Assembly (NCBI GenBank): GCA_965208125.1
Contig: OZ242320.1
Location: 480,001-544,000 of the forward strand
Reading direction: 5' to 3'
Length of the DNA: 64,000 nt
Origin: Candidatus Latescibacterota bacterium
Lineage (GTDB): Bacteria > Latescibacterota > UBA2968
Made by a program: the position numbers and the translations under genes. The notes under the pieces are model-generated. The model saw only the letters and a program-made list of their open reading frames with translations, made no database searches and had not been told where the DNA came from. Positions 19,758 to 26,940 of the stretch are shown piece by piece (position 1 is the first letter of the stretch; each line of letters starts with the position of its first letter).

Positions 19758-19937
19758 ATGGCAACACGACGCAAGTTGAATTTGATCAATGGAACGATAG
19801 ATCAAGAAGGTAGCATCCTCAGGTATCAAGCTACGAACAGTTTCGAAGTAGGTGCCTGTCCCCCTGGTAGGGTGGTTGTTCCGACTCTGCCCTTTCCCGA
19901 TGATGACGATAGAGACGAATTTGATCCGGCTGAGTGA
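19758..19937 (+). CDS. Putative RiPP precursor peptide (59 aa)
   Basis: AAGGAGG RBS; MATRRKLNLINGTIDQEGSILRYQATNSFEVGACPPGRVVVPTLPFPDDDDRDEFDPAE; directly upstream of an RRE-radical SAM gene. The ORF-track start at 19572 lies upstream of the promoter. Confidence 0.8.
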   Translation: MATRRKLNLINGTIDQEGSILRYQATNSFEVGACPPGRVVVPTLPFPDDDDRDEFDPAE

Positions 19938-19965
19938 ATTATCTCTATTCTGAGGAGTACCTGGC

Positions 19966-21408
19966 ATGCTGTGTATTCAAAAATGCGACATACATCTTTT
20001 TCAAACTGAAGAGCACAAACAGCCGATTGTCTATCAGGTTGAGACCGGTCTGTTTTTTAAACTGGATACTCTTTTCCAGTCAATTTTAGAGTGCTGCGAG
20101 GGGTTGTCTGCTTCGCAGGTTATTCAGATGCTGGCTGATCAATACGAGGCAGAAGAGATTGTCGAGGCTATCGAGGAACTGGCTCAGGTGGGTTTGATTT
20201 CGGATGGTGCTCTACCTGTGGTAGCCAATGTGCCGACAACAGAAGGGGTGGCAGCCTGTGGGGTTTCGCAGACAGATCGGTTGCAGGTGTCGTTGCACGT
20301 TTCGCATACGTGCAATATCCAATGTGCGTATTGCTTTGCTCACGGTGGGGATTACGGCGGTAAGGCTATGCTGATGCAACCAGAGGTTGCTGAGCAAGCG
20401 ACACGCTGGATTGTCACCGAGGCTCAGGTGTTCGGGCGGTGCCAGATTGATTTTTTTGGCGGGGAGCCGCTCTTGAATTTTCCGCTGCTGCGCGAGTTGG
20501 TACCGTCTGCCAAATCCCTGGGCGCGCGATTGGGTGTGCAGGTTGGTTTTGGCATTGTGACCAATGGCACGTTGTTGACCGACGAGATGAAGCAGTTTTT
20601 GATTGATGAAAAGTTTCAGATTAAAGTCAGCCTGGATGGGGGACGTAAAACACAGGATCGCATTCGCAAGTTTCACAATGGTTCTGGAACTTATGATGTC
20701 GTGGCAAAGAATGTACAGAAACTGACTGCTGAGGTACCTGAGCGCGTGTATTTGCAGGCTGTTATGACAGCGTATGATATGGATGAGGATCAGATTGCCG
20801 ATGCGTTGCGTTCTCTGGGTACTGAAAACGCGCTCATCGATCCGGCTGTCGTTTCACCGGATGCGCCCTATGCGATTCGAGAAGAACACATACCTGTTTT
20901 GAAGCAACAAATTTACAAGCGAAGCCGGCGTGCGCTCAAAGCCATTTTGAATGGTGAAGAGTGTGAAGAGTTTGATCCGCGGATTCAAAAATTGCTGACA
21001 CGCAAAAAATCCTGTCACGGGTGCCTGGGTGGCAAGCAGTATTTGGCGATTGCAGCAGACGGATCGATTTATTTTTGTTCGAGTTTGGCCGACGCGCCCG
21101 AGTTTAAGATGGGTGATGTGTTTGCGGGTATTGATCGCGAAAAGCAGCAGCATTTTGACGCGCAGTTCAATGTGAATAATCGTCCTGAGTGCAAGACATG
21201 CTGGGCGCGCAACTTGTGTGGTGGCGGATGTCTTTGGGATGCGCGGACGACAACGGGTGATCCGATGTATCCAAACCCAGTTTCCTGTGAACAGACGCGC
21301 TATCGCTATGAGTTGGCGATGGAGATGTGTATGGAAATTGCAGAAGCAGATGCGTCTTTGTTGCCGCGACGATATGATCTGGAAGTGGCATCTGAAGCAG
21401 ACAAGTAA
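19966..21408 (+). CDS. Radical SAM/SPASM peptide maturase with N-terminal RRE (PqqD-like) domain
   Basis: N-terminal 'VYQVETGLFFKLD...EEIVEAIEELAQVGLI'; CNIQCAYC; FFGGEPLLN; TNGTLL; SLDG; SPASM C...YLAIAADGSIYFC...CKTCWARNLCGGGC...C. CteB/QhpD-like architecture. Confidence 0.92.
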   Translation: MLCIQKCDIHLFQTEEHKQPIVYQVETGLFFKLDTLFQSILECCEGLSASQVIQMLADQYEAEEIVEAIEELAQVGLISDGALPVVANVPTTEGVAACGVSQTDRLQVSLHVSHTCNIQCAYCFAHGGDYGGKAMLMQPEVAEQATRWIVTEAQVFGRCQIDFFGGEPLLNFPLLRELVPSAKSLGARLGVQVGFGIVTNGTLLTDEMKQFLIDEKFQIKVSLDGGRKTQDRIRKFHNGSGTYDVVAKNVQKLTAEVPERVYLQAVMTAYDMDEDQIADALRSLGTENALIDPAVVSPDAPYAIREEHIPVLKQQIYKRSRRALKAILNGEECEEFDPRIQKLLTRKKSCHGCLGGKQYLAIAADGSIYFCSSLADAPEFKMGDVFAGIDREKQQHFDAQFNVNNRPECKTCWARNLCGGGCLWDARTTTGDPMYPNPVSCEQTRYRYELAMEMCMEIAEADASLLPRRYDLEVASEADK

Positions 21409-21425
21409 ATTTTCATAGCATTTGC

Positions 21426-21468
21426 AAAACTATCCTTAAGCTTACAAACTTAAGGATAGTTTTTTTTT
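21426..21468 (+). terminator. Intrinsic terminator closing the precursor-maturase transcript
   Basis: AAAACTATCCTTAAG...CTTAAGGATAGTTTT plus poly-T. Confidence 0.9.
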
Positions 21469-21524
21469 CTGAAAAATCCGTATATTCTAATACCATTTGA
21501 TATTGAGATTAGTAGAGGTGAACC

Positions 21525-22712
21525 ATGTTAAGATCAAATGTTGAATGGAAAAAAAAATATACAAGTACAGTTAAAATATCTATAGGCTTACTTTGTCTTG
21601 CGTCGTTCATTGCCTGTGGTGCTTCGAAAAGTATTGATTCTGATGTTCTATTTTTCGGTGATATACCACCATTGTCGTCAATGGATCATTTGGCAATCAT
21701 CGGAGGCGCAACAAACAAATCAATTGTTGTTGTTGATATTGCAAATAAGAAACAAGCAGGTACAATCACTTTCGAAAAAATTATTCAAGGATGTGCTATC
21801 TCACCCCAGGATAGAAGCATCTGGTTGACATTTACTTTTTGGAGTAATCAGAAAGGGATATTTAAGCTCAATTTTGACAGCAAACCCGAGATTGTAAACC
21901 TTATTCCGGATTTACAAGGCAACTTGCATTTCAACCATGATGGACGAAGACTTTATGTCACGCCAGGTTCTGAAAAGCTTTACATTATTGACACACAATC
22001 CAATCAATTAGTGGAGACAGTTTCTACCATTACCGGAAATCACGGAGAAGGTTGGGCATTTTTTAACGCCAGTGAAGCACAAAATGGACTGATTGCTTTA
22101 ACGGGTATGCCTCTGCGATTTGAAGCTGTAAATGAAGGATTCAACGTTTATTCTGATTATACAAAAACCTTTCTCTTTTTACTTGATGAAAAACGAACTG
22201 TTATACCGCTTGAGTTTGTTGGGGGATTTTCGACTCCCCCGATTTTTTCATTTGATAACAGATTAATAAGCACACTCAGTAAAGAAGAAAAATCAGTCTC
22301 AATTTATGATCTTGATTCTAAAAAAATGAACAGTATTCCTATTGGTGGAGATGTTGTGACATTCGGTGGATACGATAACGACAATGACATTTTCTATGTT
22401 TTATCAAGAAATTTTGATCGAGAATACGGAATTTTAGAAGGCATCACCACCCTGATATTATTGGACATAAGATCCAAAAGCATCATTGATACGCGCACCA
22501 TAGCCGGTAATTATTGGAACGGTGTGTATGATAGAGTATCTCAGACCATCCTATTGGTAGGGCCACATACTGAGGATGTGCGTGAAATACATAATAGAAC
22601 AATTCCTATTTCCAGTTTAACGATTTATGATCCGCATCAAGACCAAATTGTTGATCATATTTCAATTGATGGAGGAACATCCCTGGGAGCTGAGATTTTC
22701 TTGGCCCCCTAA
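21525..22712 (+). CDS. YncE-like beta-propeller lipoprotein
   Basis: Signal peptide ending FIAC; blade motifs 'IVVVDIANKK..GTI', 'FNHDGRRLYVT..KLYIIDT', 'VSIYDL'; AT-rich. Confidence 0.7.
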   Translation: MLRSNVEWKKKYTSTVKISIGLLCLASFIACGASKSIDSDVLFFGDIPPLSSMDHLAIIGGATNKSIVVVDIANKKQAGTITFEKIIQGCAISPQDRSIWLTFTFWSNQKGIFKLNFDSKPEIVNLIPDLQGNLHFNHDGRRLYVTPGSEKLYIIDTQSNQLVETVSTITGNHGEGWAFFNASEAQNGLIALTGMPLRFEAVNEGFNVYSDYTKTFLFLLDEKRTVIPLEFVGGFSTPPIFSFDNRLISTLSKEEKSVSIYDLDSKKMNSIPIGGDVVTFGGYDNDNDIFYVLSRNFDREYGILEGITTLILLDIRSKSIIDTRTIAGNYWNGVYDRVSQTILLVGPHTEDVREIHNRTIPISSLTIYDPHQDQIVDHISIDGGTSLGAEIFLAP

Positions 22713-22767
22713 CTTAAAAGTTGGGAAGTTCCTTCGTAGATAAGAGAAATAGCCCACACCTCCATTT

Positions 22768-22922
22768 CGGGGAATCTGGCCAATTCGGCCGGACTGCGAC
22801 CAGCGCGCACAAGCTCGACGATTTGGCGCTTCAACTCGAGTGGATAAGGGGACGTGTTGGTGGCATAGTGGGTCTCCTTTCTAACTACTGATAAAGGTAC
22901 TCACCGAAACGGATCAAGTCCA
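22768..22922 (-). mobile_element. IS3-family left-end remnant with frameshifted, truncated orfA
   Basis: Minus strand begins TGGACTTGATCCGTTTCGGTGAGTACC (5'-TG end), then AAGGAG RBS and MPPTR/PYPLELKRQIVELVRAGRSPAELARF with a 1-nt frameshift. Confidence 0.8.
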
Positions 22923-22928
22923 GGGTAA

Positions 22929-23423
22929 CTACTGTTTGCTGAGTTTTGATATTAATCTATTTATCTCTTTTGCCATTTGATCCACAGATTCTTGAGGCCG
23001 CTTGATCGGAATTGGAATAATGCCATTACGAATTTCTGAGACTATAATCGGTACTCCAACCAGCTTTTCATCTATGATTATACCAATACGCTTTTTGAGA
23101 TAGGTGCGGCTTATGGTCCGGAATTTTTCACTTCCTTCTGGATTACAGTGCAATAATAGAGTTGTATAAGGACTCGGGTTAGATGTTTGTGTAATGGTTG
23201 CACGTTTAATATCAGAAAGGCCCAAAAGAACCTCAGGCTTAAGTGCGGATTGCTTACCCGAATCTATCAATTCCATGACAGATGAACTGTCGCTTCTATT
23301 GGTATCGATAAGTCGTACCTGAATATATGTTTTATCTATAGTCTGTTCTTTACCTTGAGCAGGATTTAGTGCACCAAACAAAGCTGACAGAATGCTCAGA
23401 CCGAAAAGTCTTAGAATATGCAT
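22929..23423 (-). CDS. Secreted stand-alone SecDF P1-head-like domain protein
   Basis: Signal peptide; 'EGSEKFRTISRTYLKKRIGIIIDEKLVGVPIIVSEI' resembles the SecD motif 'G.F..T...G.rlAIvLD...SAP.I...I'. Confidence 0.7.
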   Translation of the reverse strand: MHILRLFGLSILSALFGALNPAQGKEQTIDKTYIQVRLIDTNRSDSSSVMELIDSGKQSALKPEVLLGLSDIKRATITQTSNPSPYTTLLLHCNPEGSEKFRTISRTYLKKRIGIIIDEKLVGVPIIVSEIRNGIIPIPIKRPQESVDQMAKEINRLISKLSKQ

Positions 23424-23836
23424 TTGTGCCCCCATTCTTTTTCCTTAAGTTCCGGAATCAATCTGGTCAAAGACTTGATGGCGTTTCGATTTTAGCTGAT
23501 TCAAAGTCAATACCATCTTGGTTAGAATTTACGCCTCTTCAAATTAGTTCTCTTCCTCCCGATGAGGAAGTAGAAATTTTTTTGATGACATGGGACGTGA
23601 AGTCGGTAGCAGTCACTGTTAAGGATGATTTTTTGACATTGGGGACACAGGTTCCATATGGTCAGGCTTGGAAGATGGCGGGAGTGGTGCCTCACATGTC
23701 CATCTGCTTGTAAAACAAATTGGACATGCAATGACTCTTCACTTCCCGAAGACGCAAATTCCTTTTGTGACAGATCGGAGTTTATTGTTATTTTTATGAG
23801 TAGATCGCCTTATGATGAAAAAAGAAAGGAATTGTT

Positions 23837-24712
23837 GTGAAACGAATATTTTTGGTGTTCTTTTGCCTATCTTTGGGGTTGGTTGGTTCTTTACCTGCTA
23901 TTCAGAAAATGCAGATTACAGAACCTTCTCAACTACCAGAAGATCGTATGCTTCCCGACATTCCCTGGCCTCAAAGTTTGATACAGAAAATAGAAGGCCT
24001 TCATGTGGAACTTGTCGGATATCTAAAATCAGAAAATCATGAGATGTACGTATCAAGGATGGAAGAATTTTTAAATGAGGAGATTCATGATACGGAGTCT
24101 CTATTGGTACTAAACTATACAATAGGGCAAATGTGCCGGTTTGTAGCTTATGAGAAATCGGATGCTGATGTACGCCGTAGATGGTACCAAAAGGCGGTTG
24201 GATTCAACAAGACTGCGATTGAACTTGCACGCACGGATTCTTCCAAATTCAAACCCTATCTGGTCAGATGCTACTTTGGTCTTGCTGAGTGCTATGATGG
24301 GTTAGAAGAAAAAAATCTTGCTCTGGACATGTATCAGCGTTTGGTTGGTTTCAAGGGGGTTGGACACGGAAAATTGAAGGATGACCTTGCTTCAGGTGGC
24401 ATTGGCAATGTTGTTCGCCTATGGAGAGACTTACAGCGCGATCCTGTCGAGTTGCGTAAATATCTAAGAAATATAGCGACATCGAATATGGACAACGAAA
24501 TAGGTTTCGTAGCACTTCAAAAATTGGTTGACTTCGATTTATTAGAAGGAAATTTGCAGATTGCAAGAACTACTCTGAATGAACTGAAGATGCGTTATGG
24601 TGATATTCAAAAATTAGGCGGCCAGATGCCTTCACTTCAAATTAAAGGACTTGAAGATCAATTTAATATTGCGGAAAAATCTAAACATAAAGAACCTGGT
24701 CATAAGCATTGA
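23837..24712 (+). CDS. Secreted TPR-like helical protein
   Basis: GTG start, signal peptide MKRIFLVFFCLSLGL; TPR-like 'YFGLAECYDGLEEKNLALDMYQRL'. Confidence 0.65.
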   Translation: MKRIFLVFFCLSLGLVGSLPAIQKMQITEPSQLPEDRMLPDIPWPQSLIQKIEGLHVELVGYLKSENHEMYVSRMEEFLNEEIHDTESLLVLNYTIGQMCRFVAYEKSDADVRRRWYQKAVGFNKTAIELARTDSSKFKPYLVRCYFGLAECYDGLEEKNLALDMYQRLVGFKGVGHGKLKDDLASGGIGNVVRLWRDLQRDPVELRKYLRNIATSNMDNEIGFVALQKLVDFDLLEGNLQIARTTLNELKMRYGDIQKLGGQMPSLQIKGLEDQFNIAEKSKHKEPGHKH

Positions 24713-24760
24713 GGAAAATCCAATTCTAAGCCTCTTTGAGTGACCGCTTGAAAGTGAGAA

Positions 24761-25651
24761 ATGCATAAAATTTCAGACTTCAAAATGTCGGAACAGCTTA
24801 GTCTGGACACAGGCTGGAGCATTGGTGAGAGAGCGTTTGAGAGAATAGAAACTTTGCTTCGTCAGATGTCTCCAGTAGAAAAAATTCTCGAATTTGGAAG
24901 TGGTCCGAGTTCTATCCGTCTGGCGATGGCGTTTTCTGAAGCCGAGGTTCTGTCTATAGAAGGCGACTGGCGGAATTATTTAGAGACCACGAGTCTGATG
25001 CGAGCATTATGGGATAAGCGCAATCTCTCGATCAAATATCGTCCAATTACACTTGAATCTTATGGAGACGCGGAATTTTTGACTTATGAAGATGGGATGT
25101 TTTGGGAGGAAGAGTTGGATTGCGTGATTATTGATGGTCCACCTGTCTATACCTTGCGAGGTCGAGAGGCGTGTCTCTACCAGGTTTATGATCAGATCAA
25201 GACTGGTGGTCTGGTTATTCTGGATGATTTCAGAAGGCGATTTGAGAAGCAAATTGTCAAGAACTGGCTGTCCGTCTATCCCGATAGTTTTACAGTGGCG
25301 ATTATCCGCGAAGACCACCATCTGGCCGTGCTGCACAAGATCAAATCCGTGACACCGTGTTGGGATGCGCCTTGTAGGCTTTCGGATGTTCAAACTGTCA
25401 GTAAAACTCGCGCTCGAATTGCAAAGGCATTATCGCATGTTGATGATGTATATTTGAGAACGTTGATCAAAGCTACTAACAGTGAAACAGATTTGATTGG
25501 CCTGTTCAATACCCTTCGCAACATCCATGGAGTGACGCCTGAGCATATCCAGGCGTTCGCGGACCGAACTACACTCCCACCGGAAACTCAAAAAAGAAAA
25601 CAGAATGCCTGTTATATGACAATCGTCAATGAGTTTTTCCAGAACGGTTAA
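24761..25651 (+). CDS. Class I SAM-dependent methyltransferase-like protein
   Basis: ILEFGSGPSS, VLSIE, CVIIDGPP...R..C, GGLVILDD. Confidence 0.8.
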   Translation: MHKISDFKMSEQLSLDTGWSIGERAFERIETLLRQMSPVEKILEFGSGPSSIRLAMAFSEAEVLSIEGDWRNYLETTSLMRALWDKRNLSIKYRPITLESYGDAEFLTYEDGMFWEEELDCVIIDGPPVYTLRGREACLYQVYDQIKTGGLVILDDFRRRFEKQIVKNWLSVYPDSFTVAIIREDHHLAVLHKIKSVTPCWDAPCRLSDVQTVSKTRARIAKALSHVDDVYLRTLIKATNSETDLIGLFNTLRNIHGVTPEHIQAFADRTTLPPETQKRKQNACYMTIVNEFFQNG

Positions 25652-25846
25652 ATGAAGACGAAGCGCGCTAACAGGCAGGGATAGTCAAACTATCTGCGTT
25701 CAGGCTCAAAAGTGATTGTCCCGAATTGAAATCTTTTCAAAATTGGCTGTAGATCATTTACTTGCTTAAAAACGGCATCCAAATGGGGAGCGCTCTATTA
25801 GATGCCGTTTGTTTTGCTTTTTTGGGTGGGCGACAGATTGTTAGTA

Positions 25847-26839
25847 ATGGGAGAAATATATCAATCAAAAAAATCCGGCCTCAATAAATGGCCGCTCATT
25901 GGACAGCATTCCTCACTCTTAGACGTGCAAAAGCGCGCGTACCGCGTGGCAAATAGCGAATTGCCCGTCAACATCAGTGGAGAAACTGGCACGGGCAAGG
26001 AATTGCTCGCCCGTTATGTTCACGGCATTAGCCACCGCAACAGGGGACCATTTGTAACCGTTGACTGCGGCATACTCTCTTCTGAAATGGCGCGCAGCGA
26101 GTTATTTGGACATGTTCGAGGTGCTTTTACCGGCGCCAGCGAAACGCGCACTGGACTGGTTGAATCTGCCCGAGGCGGTACGTTATTCCTCGATGAAGTA
26201 GGCGAATTGCCAGCCAATCTTCAGTTACAATTGCTCCGCCTGGTACAGGAACAGGAATTTCGCCGCGTAGGCGAAGCATCCATGCGCCGGTCCGATGTGC
26301 GCCTGATCACTGCGACACACTGCAACTTGCGAAAAATGGTGCGAAAAGGGACTTTCCGAGAAGATCTCTATTACCGCTTAACTGTCGTCCCTCTGCATTT
26401 GCCACCCCTGCGAAAGCGGATGAGCGATTTGCCACTTCTGGTCACGCATTTTTGCCAGGAAATGAAAGGATACACCCGCGCATTTTCCCCCGAAGTGATT
26501 CAAAAGATGTCGCGTTATGCATGGCCGGGCAATGTTCGGGAACTACAACACGAAGTCGCCCGATTAATGGTCATGGCCGAAGGTAAAATTATCCGCGTAT
26601 CCGATTTGCGCCCTCGCATTCGAGGATCCAAAGCAGAGGTCGATGTATTTGACCTCCCGTTTAAGGAAGCCAGACAACTGGCGAACAGCCAGTTTATGCG
26701 AGAGTATCTTCACAGAGCTTTGCAGCGAACACAGGGCAATGTAACCCAGGCAGCGCAACAATGCGGGATTGGCCGACAGTATTTCCAATTGCGTATGTCT
26801 GAATACGGGCTAAAGTCGGCATCTTACAAACAAAAATAA
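25847..26839 (+). CDS. sigma54 enhancer-binding protein without an N-terminal sensor domain (PspF-like architecture)
   Basis: GETGTGKEL, SELFGH.RGAFTGA, LFLDEVGEL, FREDLYYRL, WPGNVREL, Fis HTH; only about 15 aa precede the AAA+ domain. Confidence 0.88.
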   Translation: MGEIYQSKKSGLNKWPLIGQHSSLLDVQKRAYRVANSELPVNISGETGTGKELLARYVHGISHRNRGPFVTVDCGILSSEMARSELFGHVRGAFTGASETRTGLVESARGGTLFLDEVGELPANLQLQLLRLVQEQEFRRVGEASMRRSDVRLITATHCNLRKMVRKGTFREDLYYRLTVVPLHLPPLRKRMSDLPLLVTHFCQEMKGYTRAFSPEVIQKMSRYAWPGNVRELQHEVARLMVMAEGKIIRVSDLRPRIRGSKAEVDVFDLPFKEARQLANSQFMREYLHRALQRTQGNVTQAAQQCGIGRQYFQLRMSEYGLKSASYKQK

Positions 26840-26855
26840 TACCTCGCGGTGTACT

Positions 26856-26890
26856 AAAAAACGTCAATGGAAAAACCCATTGACGTTTTT
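26856..26890 (+). terminator. Intrinsic (bidirectional) terminator
   Basis: AAAAACGTCAATGG...CCATTGACGTTTTT. Confidence 0.85.
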
Positions 26891-26940
26891 CCTTGCAGGA
26901 CGTTTCTTGAGCTTATCTCAACTCTTCACAAGGACCTGTC

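Noticed and set aside
19758-22712. Quinohemoprotein amine dehydrogenase (qhpADCB) operon
   Set aside because: The peptide has no Trp and only one Cys, there is no diheme alpha subunit, and a terminator separates the propeller gene.
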